Shown here one piece after another: positions 25,196 through 33,903 of a stretch of 64,000 nt of DNA. The translations under genes and the position numbers were made by a program. Under the pieces are notes generated by a model, which worked only from the letters and a program-made list of their open reading frames with translations, searched no databases and was not told the DNA's origin. The stretch's first letter is position 1; each line of letters starts with the position of its first letter. The stretch is from Escherichia phage EK8. Where the stretch lies: the sequence record PQ805430.1, one strand, 5' to 3'.

Positions 25196-26456
25196 AGTTT
25201 GAGTTCCTGATCTTATCGCCCAGGTCGTTGCTGAGCTTCTCGTAGACACCATCGGTGGTCTGATATAACTGGTTCATGAGCATAGCCAGCATGTCGCTAT
25301 CAGCGAAGTCAGCCATGATCTCTTTGTACCAGTAACGGGTGATATCGCAGTTGTTTGCATGGCAACCAAACGCATCATGCACCGTGATAATCGGGAACGG
25401 TTTGTACGTCAGCATGTCATCAGTGATAGACAGCAGCTTGGTAACAATCCACTCCGGCAGGCACATAACGTTGCTCCAGGTCAGCAGTGGCAGGATGGAC
25501 AGGTCAGCGATGTGAGCCTTTTCCATCAAAGCCAGAGCTTCAACCAGTTCAGCATGTACAGGCAGACGGTTAGCACCGTTGGCATACATGATTTGAGCAT
25601 TGGCCAGCATCTCATTCGCAGGGTGAACGATAGCCGGATCGTAGTTACAGCGACGTTCCATCCCACGCAGGAGATAGGCGTCACAACCGTGAATGGTATT
25701 GGCAACGTTGGCACGGCCACGCTCAGTACCTTCGTTCACCTTGTATTGCAGCGTGAACGTAGCGTGGTCGAGTTCGTCTACTTCAATCCTGGTTTCCTTC
25801 GACTCCATGACTTTCATCACGGCTACGAAGCCATCCGGGAACACCAGAGTGTGATCCAGTGCGAACGGACGCCAGGACTCCAGCAGTTCATCCATTAACT
25901 GGAATGCACCCGGAGCGATGATCATCGCAGCGTTGTAGAACACGTCCAGCATTTCACCTTCACCGAATACACGCTTTGGTACGGCCTTAGAGCCATAGCC
26001 AGAGGTCATCACGGCTTGTTTCACGTCCTTACGTGGAACAGTGATGGTAGCGTGACCGGTTTCCAGCAGGAGTTTATTCATCTCTGCTGTGGTGTTGCTG
26101 TACGCATCCATACGGGAGCGAGGGTCAATCATGCCAGTGTTGTAGGCACCAGAGATGCAGCCCGTGAGGGCTGACATAATCTGGATACCAGAGCAGCAGG
26201 CATCGAAGTGAACGATATGCCCAACAGGGATACCACGGCGAGCACGGTCAATGACCATTGCAGCCTTACGGAACAGGGCAGGTTCTTCTGCCTGATCCGC
26301 GATAGCTTCGAGGTTGTTGATGTTGTTCTGGATGAACTCGATACGAGTATCGAACAGTTCTTTATCCATACCAAAGTGGTTGGCAGCATCTATACAGAGG
26401 TATTCCCAGCCAGTGAACGTCTGGAACCCGGAACCGAAATTGATAGTCTTTTGCAT
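25182..26456 (-). CDS. phage RNA polymerase II, catalytic C-terminal subunit (T7-like single-subunit RNAP, split)
   Basis: motif A FDACCSGIQIMSAL; motif B RKDVKQAVMTSGYGSK; motif C VHDAFGC, all T7 RNAP-like. Confidence 0.85.
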   Translation of the reverse strand: MQKTINFGSGFQTFTGWEYLCIDAANHFGMDKELFDTRIEFIQNNINNLEAIADQAEEPALFRKAAMVIDRARRGIPVGHIVHFDACCSGIQIMSALTGCISGAYNTGMIDPRSRMDAYSNTTAEMNKLLLETGHATITVPRKDVKQAVMTSGYGSKAVPKRVFGEGEMLDVFYNAAMIIAPGAFQLMDELLESWRPFALDHTLVFPDGFVAVMKVMESKETRIEVDELDHATFTLQYKVNEGTERGRANVANTIHGCDAYLLRGMERRCNYDPAIVHPANEMLANAQIMYANGANRLPVHAELVEALALMEKAHIADLSILPLLTWSNVMCLPEWIVTKLLSITDDMLTYKPFPIITVHDAFGCHANNCDITRYWYKEIMADFADSDMLAMLMNQLYQTTDGVYEKLSNDLGDKIRNSNYALS

Positions 26457-26466
26457 AAGTTAATCC

Positions 26467-27468
26467 TCATTTTCTGAATTTATCAGGTACACCAATTACC
26501 GGCTCTTGATCGGCCAGGTTAATCATTGCTTTTTTGAAGCTGGTGCCCTGTGGGGTGATATGGTAGCCACAAGCGTACATGCGCCCGCGTTTGTCTACCT
26601 TGTTGCTGATATAGAACCGGTTACCCTGGTTCACCATCAGGCTGTAGAAGTAGTAGGACTGCTCCTTATAGGATGCCCAGTTCTCCTTCTGTTTGCGGAT
26701 CATATCCGCTATCTGCCAGTCACTGAGATCCTCATCAGACTCAATGCTATCCAGATCGTGAGTTGGTTCTTCCTCCACTGAGCATAGGAACTCAACGTCC
26801 AGGGACAGAGGAACACGATTGCGTGAATTAAGTACATCAAGGCAGATGTTTCCGTCATGATGGTTGAACCCTCCACCCAGAATGAGGCTATCGCTCTTGT
26901 GGGTATAGTAGGCAGTTGAACGGTTATTCGTGAGCTTACGAGGCTCACAAACCAGTGGTGGTAAATAGCATGAATATTCAATGAAGTTGCTTAATTCTTC
27001 ACTGAACTGAATGTTACTGATTATCTGGATTGGGCTGTTACGGTGATGCTTGTTCAGGTCGAACACGTCGGTTGTAGCGAGTACAGCCAGCACCTCAGCG
27101 ATGGTCTGCACGCTATCACGTTTGTCATCGAAGCCCAGACGGGAAGCCAGTTGACCGATGGCATTGACCAGAGGCGTTTCAGCCTGGAAGTAGGTCACAC
27201 CAACGAAGATCTCTTTGACGAGATTCTCCAGGTCAAGCTGGGCTAAGTGATGCAGCCGGACAGCTTTGCTGTCGTAATACTGCTCACTCATCCACTGCTT
27301 CAATAACTCAACGCCCTGCTCCACTTCTGGCAGCAGGTTCTCGGTGCCCTCAAATAACTCCTTACGGATGTATCCGTCGATATGACGGCGATTGAACTGA
27401 CGTTCGTTTACGAGTTGTAACTCTTTTGGTGGCAACCACTTATGTTCCATAATTCCCTCTAATCTCAA
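26467..27468 (-). CDS. phage RNA polymerase II, N-terminal subunit (T7-like RNAP, split)
   Basis: DKRGRMYACGY matches T7 RNAP DWRGRVYA region; directly upstream of catalytic subunit with 10-nt gap. Confidence 0.8.
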   Translation of the reverse strand: MRLEGIMEHKWLPPKELQLVNERQFNRRHIDGYIRKELFEGTENLLPEVEQGVELLKQWMSEQYYDSKAVRLHHLAQLDLENLVKEIFVGVTYFQAETPLVNAIGQLASRLGFDDKRDSVQTIAEVLAVLATTDVFDLNKHHRNSPIQIISNIQFSEELSNFIEYSCYLPPLVCEPRKLTNNRSTAYYTHKSDSLILGGGFNHHDGNICLDVLNSRNRVPLSLDVEFLCSVEEEPTHDLDSIESDEDLSDWQIADMIRKQKENWASYKEQSYYFYSLMVNQGNRFYISNKVDKRGRMYACGYHITPQGTSFKKAMINLADQEPVIGVPDKFRK

Positions 27469-27501
27469 ATAAAGAGGCCAACCCTAAGGTTGGCCGATTG
27501 G

Positions 27502-27801
27502 TTACGCGAGTTCGAACTTTGCACCTTCCGGCGTGGCTTCGCCATACGACAGGACGATGCGGGATGCCAGCGCTTTCAGTTGTTTCTCAACGTCAGCCTC
27601 AGACTTACAGTCTTTCAGCATGTCGATGATCATCCCTTCCAGGGGATGAGACTCACGCAGGCCAATACCCTGACCACCCAGACGTTTCAGACCTTGTTTG
27701 GTCATCACGCCGATGTTCAGATAGCCAGCGATTTTGTTGCGGTTAGCATCAGCAGCAGGAGCGGAGTTGTTAGAACCAGAAGAACGACGATTGAAAGCCA
27801 T
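27502..27801 (-). CDS. hypothetical protein, possible RNAP II accessory/DNA-binding factor
   Basis: 99 aa, basic Gly-rich N-terminus; directly upstream of RNAP II genes; GAGGT RBS. Confidence 0.4.
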   Translation of the reverse strand: MAFNRRSSGSNNSAPAADANRNKIAGYLNIGVMTKQGLKRLGGQGIGLRESHPLEGMIIDMLKDCKSEADVEKQLKALASRIVLSYGEATPEGAKFELA

Positions 27802-27864
27802 GATATATACCTCGAAGAATGAGTAGATGAATGATATTTAAAGGATTGGGGGGTTTTCCCCTCT

Positions 27865-27879
27865 GAGGCGCTATGCGCC
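27865..27879 (-). promoter_or_regulatory. candidate hairpin promoter (GC stem, TAT loop)
   Basis: AGGCGC-TAT-GCGCCT, ~65 nt upstream of 27801 start. Confidence 0.3.
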
Positions 27880-27881
27880 TT

Positions 27882-28163
27882 CTAACAGATGATGAGGCAG
27901 CTAACAGCGTCCCTCCAGGCTGCATAGAGCACCGGATTGCTGTTGACCTCATCATTGTATTGGGACAGGTCTTCGAACGCTTCACGACCCAGGTGGGCAG
28001 CAGCAATCTCGACCTGAATTTCCAGCGATATGTCTTCCATCACAAGCTGTGACAGACCTTTACGAAACAGGAACAATGCCAGAGCACGCATCTCCCCGTC
28101 TTTCCATGCACGGGAAGCCCAACGAAGGTTGGTTTGAGCGTGGTCAATATTCATATTTGGCAT
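27882..28163 (-). CDS. hypothetical early protein
   Basis: 93-aa ORF. Confidence 0.45.
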   Translation of the reverse strand: MPNMNIDHAQTNLRWASRAWKDGEMRALALFLFRKGLSQLVMEDISLEIQVEIAAAHLGREAFEDLSQYNDEVNSNPVLYAAWRDAVSCLIIC

Positions 28164-28230
28164 ACAGATAGTCCTTAAGGGTGAGCGAGGATCCCAGCAG
28201 CCCTGGAATCCCCGGTAGTTATTCTGTTCG

Positions 28231-28245
28231 ACGCGCTATGCGCGT
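28231..28245 (-). promoter_or_regulatory. candidate hairpin promoter (GC stem, TAT loop)
   Basis: ACGCGC-TAT-GCGCGT, ~70 nt upstream of 28163 start. Confidence 0.3.
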
Positions 28246-28529
28246 TTTCCTTCCAGAGTGACGTAGGACATTTCAACCGTGATAGTGGAGTAGACACCCA
28301 GCAAACACTTTGTGGCTATGGCATAACGCTCATCCCTACGCAGGGTAAATGCGTAGTAAACGTTATCCTGTTTGAACTGGTAGCTCTCGTTGATATCCAG
28401 CTTCGAGGGTGTATAGGCATAGATGCTCACATCAGCTAACACCACGCCTTCAATGGCATCGGTTATCTGGTTTATATCCCAGTCGATCACTGCGGTTAAG
28501 TCTTTGGATTTATACGTATGCTCGGCCAT
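28236..28529 (-). CDS. hypothetical early protein
   Basis: 97-aa ORF. Confidence 0.45.
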   Translation of the reverse strand: MAEHTYKSKDLTAVIDWDINQITDAIEGVVLADVSIYAYTPSKLDINESYQFKQDNVYYAFTLRRDERYAIATKCLLGVYSTITVEMSYVTLEGKRA

Positions 28530-28843
28530 TACATGCCCTTAATAGTTGCCTCCACCATTGTTACCTCTGGCTTCTTGAGCATGTGATGCGTCACGTAGAC
28601 AGCCAGGATGACAAACTTGTTGTCGATACCCGGTATGGTAACGATGGTCTGAATGGTTCCACCCAGGTTATTCGGGCCTAAACTGACGTTGGCCAGGTTA
28701 ACCGGGAAGGTGTCCTTGTACACGAATTTGGGGCTTATCAGCCGCATTGTACGAAGATGATCATACTGCTCAGCACTCAGCCAGCCTATGGCTTCACCAT
28801 CGTTTACCTTACGGATTTCGTACTCACGTACCTTAGTAGTCAC
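28529..28843 (-). CDS. hypothetical early protein
   Basis: 104-aa ORF, overlapping start/stop with neighbours. Confidence 0.45.
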   Translation of the reverse strand: MTTKVREYEIRKVNDGEAIGWLSAEQYDHLRTMRLISPKFVYKDTFPVNLANVSLGPNNLGGTIQTIVTIPGIDNKFVILAVYVTHHMLKKPEVTMVEATIKGM

Positions 28844-29205
28844 TCGGCTTCTCCTGTAAGTTTCAGCGGTGGTTTATATTTCAGAAACCAGCGTGAGATG
28901 ATACGGCGATTAACCTGTGGAATTAACTCACCACGGTCTACAGCACGTCCACGCCAGTCTTCCGGGCAGTCCATAAATATGGGCTTAGGCGGATCGCCTC
29001 CGTCATACCAGTACACGATGGACGGTAGTTCGAACACCGTATCGGGAGTTATCAACGTAGTGGTACGCATGGCATCAAACTCTTCCTGAGTTATCTTGGC
29101 CTCAACGATGAGGCTAATACCATTCGGGCTTCGTTGTAATATATCCCGTAAGTAAATTGATTTTGACATTAAAAGGGTATCTCCTTGGTGAAGTTGAATA
29201 CCCAC
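28840..29205 (-). CDS. hypothetical early protein
   Basis: 121-aa ORF. Confidence 0.45.
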   Translation of the reverse strand: MGIQLHQGDTLLMSKSIYLRDILQRSPNGISLIVEAKITQEEFDAMRTTTLITPDTVFELPSIVYWYDGGDPPKPIFMDCPEDWRGRAVDRGELIPQVNRRIISRWFLKYKPPLKLTGEAE

Positions 29206-29462
29206 GTCATCGGTTGAATAACATCTTCGATACGTTCGTATTCTTCACTGGTTAAAGTATCAGGACGACCTTCGAGATATAAATCTTCGGTCACATTCAG
29301 ATAGCTGGATACACCAAAGTCAGATTTGAATGTATCTACCACTTTACGGTATACAGCGCCTTCACCTAATAAGGTTAAAGCAGTACGTATAGCATCTACT
29401 TCATTCTGGCTTAACTGACATACCACACGAGAGAACCCTCTAGATCTTAGTTCGTATCCCAT
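29169..29462 (-). CDS. hypothetical early protein
   Basis: 97-aa ORF. Confidence 0.4.
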   Translation of the reverse strand: MGYELRSRGFSRVVCQLSQNEVDAIRTALTLLGEGAVYRKVVDTFKSDFGVSSYLNVTEDLYLEGRPDTLTSEEYERIEDVIQPMTWVFNFTKEIPF

Positions 29463-29785
29463 GGTGTATTAAACCTCGCTATTAGTTGACCGTTCTTTTC
29501 AAAGTACAGGAAATTAATACGGACTGAATCCAGATATAGAAGGCTGCTATTACCGGACACTAATAAATGCGGTACAGCCAGTTCTTCTTTTTTAAAAATA
29601 GGCACATCCAGGATGCAGTCCTCCACACCTAATAAGTGTTGAGTACGCATGTTTAATATCAGATCATCATTAATCTCGAAATAACGATGACCATTATCAT
29701 TAACGCTGGTGGCACGACAATAACGTTTCATGCACCCTCCACTCGAACAAAGTGATACATTTCCTGCACCGAAGGTGTAGGCCAT
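29447..29785 (-). CDS. hypothetical early protein
   Basis: 112-aa ORF. Confidence 0.4.
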   Translation of the reverse strand: MAYTFGAGNVSLCSSGGCMKRYCRATSVNDNGHRYFEINDDLILNMRTQHLLGVEDCILDVPIFKKEELAVPHLLVSGNSSLLYLDSVRINFLYFEKNGQLIARFNTPWDTN

Positions 29786-30039
29786 TCGAACTGGGAATTA
29801 GAGCATGGCTCTAATGTAATACGTAATTCAGTACCAGGTATCTGATATTGCATATATACGTTGGTCTGGATTAAGTGAATTTGTTCGGGTTTTAATATCG
29901 TCAATGAATCACGATAATTTATCATTCGATTGCCCAACAAATAGTTGGTACGAATAACCCCAATATCCTCTTCACTTAATTTACGTGAGATCAGATAACC
30001 ATGCTGTATGGCAGCAAGTATTATCTCGTTCACTTGCAC
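29728..30039 (-). CDS. hypothetical early protein
   Basis: 103-aa ORF. Confidence 0.4.
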   Translation of the reverse strand: MQVNEIILAAIQHGYLISRKLSEEDIGVIRTNYLLGNRMINYRDSLTILKPEQIHLIQTNVYMQYQIPGTELRITLEPCSNSQFEWPTPSVQEMYHFVRVEGA

Positions 30040-30689
30040 TCCTTATAACAGTAGGCAACGATTTCAACATCGACCTCTTTACGCCGGGCAACCATATCTT
30101 CATGCTCTTGAATACGAGCACGACCATACGGTGACAGCCAGTCATCAGGATCAGCTTTAGCGTAACGGGCTTCGATACAGCCACGACGCCACTTGATCAA
30201 ATAGCGATGAGCAGCCAGATATGACTTGAAGAACTGAGCACGATAAACGCACTCTTCATCAAACTCTCTGGCTTCATCACCCATTACACGGTTGGAGATA
30301 AACTTATCGGTAAGGAACTTACCGGTGCCAACCTCACGCAGGAAATACATGGTCTTGAATTGGGTATCACCCCCACGATATTCATGCAGTCGCAACATCG
30401 TGATTTCCATATCCTCACGTTGACGTGTGGGTACAGGAATAGGTTTACCCGGATAAGTCCAGTAATAGCTGTGGTATTCATCGCCATCCCAGTCTTCTTC
30501 ACGAGGGATCTGACCTTGCAGCCAGATGGTGAGATAGATTTTGGCATGGCGTAATTCCGGGAATACACGCGGATATGCTAACCGTGGATCAATGGGTTCA
30601 ACCCATGAACCACCACGCATACGACTGGACTTGGGTTTAGGCAGAAACTCCTTACGTCGTTTAATGGCATACACATGCTGAGTTAACAT
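30030..30689 (-). CDS. hypothetical early protein (219 aa)
   Basis: largest ORF in early block; Trp/Tyr/Arg-rich. Confidence 0.5.
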   Translation of the reverse strand: MLTQHVYAIKRRKEFLPKPKSSRMRGGSWVEPIDPRLAYPRVFPELRHAKIYLTIWLQGQIPREEDWDGDEYHSYYWTYPGKPIPVPTRQREDMEITMLRLHEYRGGDTQFKTMYFLREVGTGKFLTDKFISNRVMGDEAREFDEECVYRAQFFKSYLAAHRYLIKWRRGCIEARYAKADPDDWLSPYGRARIQEHEDMVARRKEVDVEIVAYCYKECK

Positions 30690-30928
30690 TAACGAAACCT
30701 CATTTGTGTTACAGGTTCAATGTGGAATTGCCAGTGGTTATTACCCAGGTATTCCACGGAATAGTAATTACCCATATGGTGGGTTTTATCCTTACCCATA
30801 TGGTTAATACTTACAGCCGGTGCATCAATGACATTAATACCCAGTAGTTTGAATATACGCATTTGATCCATCATGGCTTTAGTTAGCCAGATGCCTTTAC
30901 CGGTCTTACTACATCTGAGCTTTTGCAT
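30689..30928 (-). CDS. hypothetical early protein
   Basis: 79-aa ORF. Confidence 0.4.
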   Translation of the reverse strand: MQKLRCSKTGKGIWLTKAMMDQMRIFKLLGINVIDAPAVSINHMGKDKTHHMGNYYSVEYLGNNHWQFHIEPVTQMRFR

Positions 30929-31199
30929 AGGCTTCCTCTACTAATAAACGTAGAGCGTGCATAGCCTGATTACAGGTTTCACCCTCTTTGGTGATGTGGA
31001 TAATGTCAGCCGGTGTACCGTCTTCCAGGGTTTTACCAATATCCGCATACAGAATGTAATTACCACGGCCATCGGATTCCATAGACAGCTTTACGTCTTT
31101 CTCTTTGAAATAACGCTCATCATCTTCGTCGATAGCGTTAATTTCTGTATTGGTTCGATTACCGAAAGGACGGGTATAGATTAAGCAATTAATTGGCAT
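30909..31199 (-). CDS. hypothetical early protein
   Basis: 96-aa ORF. Confidence 0.4.
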   Translation of the reverse strand: MPINCLIYTRPFGNRTNTEINAIDEDDERYFKEKDVKLSMESDGRGNYILYADIGKTLEDGTPADIIHITKEGETCNQAMHALRLLVEEAYAKAQM

Positions 31200-31321
31200 A
31201 AGATTTACCTTTTAACCATGCAGCTTTATAGATATCCCATAAGTCTATCTCAATAGCTTTAGGGCCATAATTAGCAGTGAGCCACATTCTGTAATCACTG
31301 CGGCATTGAATGAGTTCTTGT

Positions 31322-31570
31322 TCAGTCACGGAATAATTGCTCCATATCGGTTAACAATTCGTATTTAAGGCTGACCTGCACTTCCATTGGAATGGGTTGA
31401 GGTGTCACGCCTAACATAAGCTGGGTTCGATGCTGACTTATAAAGTCCTCATCAATAATTTTGGTAATGAGTTGAGTTATATCTAACTCCACTTCACCAT
31501 CTTTAAGGTAATACCTTAAGATAATTGGTTTAAGTTTACTCATACGATTAGTCCAGGACGGGAAACTCAT
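31322..31570 (-). CDS. hypothetical early protein
   Basis: 82-aa ORF. Confidence 0.4.
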   Translation of the reverse strand: MSFPSWTNRMSKLKPIILRYYLKDGEVELDITQLITKIIDEDFISQHRTQLMLGVTPQPIPMEVQVSLKYELLTDMEQLFRD

Positions 31571-31590
31571 AAATATGGCCGGAGGCCATA

Positions 31591-31618
31591 AAAAATAAGA
31601 TAAGCCCCGAAGGGCTTA
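31591..31618 (-). terminator. rho-independent terminator (minus strand)
   Basis: TAAGCCC-CGAA-GGGCTTA hairpin with A-run on plus side. Confidence 0.55.
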
Positions 31619-31622
31619 TTTA

Positions 31623-31793
31623 GATTTAAACAAAGATATGGGATAACCAATCATAAATATCACAAAGCCCATTACGAGAATGAAGGCAGTGAATACCAGT
31701 TCAGCAATAAGCATGGCAATGGCAAACACAAACGGCAGCAGGCCAGTGAAGTAAAGTACGACCATTACGATCAGGAATGTGATCATTCAAATG
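31623..31793 (-). CDS. small membrane protein (~56 aa)
   Basis: hand-translated MITFLIVMVVLYFTGLLPFVFAIAMLIAELVF...; not in ORF track; coordinates approximate. Confidence 0.3.
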
Positions 31794-32175
31794 TTACCTT
31801 TTTCCAATACTGCATATTGATATAACCACCCTTACGAATATGTTTATCGATACGGTTAAGCGTATGCTCCACCTGAGCTTTAAGTTCTGGCTTGCAGCCG
31901 TCACGGTACTCAGCGGAATGCGCGAGGTAATAATCCTCGCCATAGATCGTTATCTCGATCCGATTGATGTAATACTGCTGTCCCAGGTGCGTCTGCATCA
32001 GACGACGAGCAATACGAGGGAATGTCAATGCGCGAGCATGTTCACGCTCTAAACGCATTTCGAAGCCCGCAGCACGGGCTTTAACGATTTCGTCATGTAC
32101 CATTAAATGTGATTGCATAATATGTCCCCAGTCCCGAAGCGATGATGAACAACCATACAGCGAGAATAATGGCAA
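31783..32175 (-). CDS. hypothetical early protein
   Basis: 130-aa ORF. Confidence 0.45.
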   Translation of the reverse strand: MPLFSLYGCSSSLRDWGHIMQSHLMVHDEIVKARAAGFEMRLEREHARALTFPRIARRLMQTHLGQQYYINRIEITIYGEDYYLAHSAEYRDGCKPELKAQVEHTLNRIDKHIRKGGYINMQYWKKVTFE

Positions 32176-32383
32176 TAATGCCTATCTCCAGTGCATGGTT
32201 AGGTTTGGTTCCGAACATGCGAGCACGTTCTTCCTCATGCCGAATACCCCAATAGAGCATCGGCACAACGATGATAGTGAACAACGCAAAGCCTAAGAGG
32301 TAACCCATACTTAGTCCTCGTACTGATTCATGCTTACCAGACGGACAGCAGCGAAGGTTGCTACTACGGATACAGCAGCCCAT
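32093..32383 (-). CDS. small membrane protein
   Basis: 96 aa with two hydrophobic helices. Confidence 0.45.
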   Translation of the reverse strand: MGCCIRSSNLRCCPSGKHESVRGLSMGYLLGFALFTIIVVPMLYWGIRHEEERARMFGTKPNHALEIGIIAIILAVWLFIIASGLGTYYAITFNGT

Positions 32384-32443
32384 ACGAGCAGACCGGTTAA
32401 AATAGTCATAATTAATACCTCTGGTTTAAATGGAATCACCCGA

Positions 32444-32456
32444 CTCGCTATGCGAG
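32444..32456 (-). promoter_or_regulatory. candidate hairpin promoter (GC stem, TAT loop)
   Basis: CTCGC-TAT-GCGAG in intergenic gap, ~35-60 nt upstream of next gene start. Confidence 0.3.
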
Positions 32457-32471
32457 CCAGGTTTTGATTAT

Positions 32472-33026
32472 TTATGCACGGATGACAAGTTGCATGTCTG
32501 GTACAGTCAAAGCAGCGTTCGTGTCCTGCACGTAGACTGCGTTATGTGGGTCACCCTCTTCCAGTGTCTTCTGTAACTTTTGACGACCACCATACGCATA
32601 TCCCTGGGCCATATAGAACAGAGTACCATCAGGTAGGTCACCAAACCGCTCCACACGCGGTAAATCGCTTGCACCTACATCAACTACAGGCAGATTGAGT
32701 TCAGTCGCTCTGTGAGCGATACAGGCGCTTTTAGAGGGATTGACCATCTCGCTACGCTCAATGGTCGCTTCGCTGCACTTCATGCAATTACAAGCATCAC
32801 CACATACAGATAAGTCAGTAAGTGGTTTGATTGGACGACAGAACTCAATAACATCTGACCAGCCATCTACAGGCTCATTATCACCGTGGAACAGTGTGAT
32901 GTAGTGGAAGTCAGATTCACGCTGTCCTAACAGCCATGCGTATACAGATGCTTTATCTTCAAACTCTTTCTCTGTCGAGTGAGTTGCATCAAAGGTCAGA
33001 TAGTCCAGTACGAATAACGTAGTCAT
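32472..33026 (-). CDS. first early protein (Cys-rich)
   Basis: ATG 33026 with GGAG RBS (track start 33095 alternative); CGDACNCMKCSE Cys cluster; first gene of leftward unit. Confidence 0.5.
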   Translation of the reverse strand: MTTLFVLDYLTFDATHSTEKEFEDKASVYAWLLGQRESDFHYITLFHGDNEPVDGWSDVIEFCRPIKPLTDLSVCGDACNCMKCSEATIERSEMVNPSKSACIAHRATELNLPVVDVGASDLPRVERFGDLPDGTLFYMAQGYAYGGRQKLQKTLEEGDPHNAVYVQDTNAALTVPDMQLVIRA

Positions 33027-33122
33027 AGTATGTCTCCAATAAGTTAAGTGTATTACTTCACTTAAAGTGCTATGCACTACTACCGGTCGTAACACTACGG
33101 TACTACGTACCTACGTGTTACT

Positions 33123-33174
33123 GACTAACCAATACTTCGTACTACGCTTCGCTACGTACTCGTATTGGTTAGTC
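33123..33174. repeat. perfect 13-bp inverted repeat flanking a 26-nt TACG-rich core
   Basis: GACTAACCAATAC (33123-33135) and GTATTGGTTAGTC (33162-33174); spacer TTCGTACTACGCTTCGCTACGTACTC. Confidence 0.6.
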
Positions 33175-33202
33175 TTACATCCCTAGTTATGTATACACAT
33201 AC

Positions 33203-33384
33203 TAATAGTAAGGTTATTAGATATAAGGTAGATATGAGTTATAGATATAGGATAGGTATAGGTATAGAGATAGTAGTTGATAGGGTATAGGTAGAGATAA
33301 GTGATATAGATATAGATAAAGTAGTAGTAAGAGTAAGTAGTAACAAAGTAGTAAGTAAGTAGAGATAGTAGTAACAGGTAGATA
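33203..33384. repeat. strand-asymmetric low-complexity tract almost devoid of C on the plus strand
   Basis: ~180 nt of GTA/TAG/GATA-type units with only two C residues by manual count. Confidence 0.6.
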
Positions 33385-33461
33385 CTAAACATAAGTAAGT
33401 AGTGTTTTACTCAGTAAATACATCCTAATCTCTGTCAACCTTTTCCACTAATATAAATTTC

Positions 33462-33476
33462 CGATAAGGGTTATCG
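33462..33476 (-). promoter_or_regulatory. hairpin with 3-nt purine loop (candidate promoter/regulatory element)
   Basis: CGATAA-GGG-TTATCG upstream of leftward early unit. Confidence 0.25.
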
Positions 33477-33610
33477 ATAAAAGTGGTATAGGAAACTTAC
33501 TGTATGATTTCTGACCGTCATACCTAGCGCGAGTAAAAGCTGTAAAGTTTTGGTAACTTATAGCGCGCCTTACTGTCTCAGTGGTGAGTTGTGTAATGTG
33601 TAATTGTGTA

Positions 33611-33641
33611 GAAAAGAAATAGCCTACTCCGAAGAGTAGGC
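33611..33641 (-). terminator. rho-independent terminator (minus strand)
   Basis: 8-bp stem GCCTACTC/GAGTAGGC, CGAA loop, A-run on plus side. Confidence 0.6.
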
Positions 33642-33648
33642 ATTGATG

Positions 33649-33903
33649 TTATGCAGTAGCAGTAGCTGATGCAGCCAGAGCTTTGACTTGGTTATCAAGC
33701 TCAGACTTAGCTGCGTTGTAAATCATCTGGTCTTTGATTTCGATGAGTTCACCGAAGCGTTTAGCTTTGTTCTCTGCTACCTTAGCCAGCTCATCACCAG
33801 CAGTAGCCAGACGATTGACTGCGGTTGCAGTTGTGGTGACAGTGGATACGGTTGCAACTACAGCACCAGTGAGAGCAGCGAACAGACCTTGTGGTTGGGA
33901 CAT
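33649..33903 (-). CDS. hypothetical protein (84 aa, Ala/Thr-rich)
   Basis: stand-alone ORF with its own terminator inside the switch region. Confidence 0.45.
   Translation of the reverse strand: MSQPQGLFAALTGAVVATVSTVTTTATAVNRLATAGDELAKVAENKAKRFGELIEIKDQMIYNAAKSELDNQVKALAASATATA

Noticed and set aside
33183-33392. 69-aa Tyr/Leu/Ile-rich ORF on the minus strand
   Set aside because: It is the translation of the C-free low-complexity tract; composition-driven, no RBS, implausible as a protein
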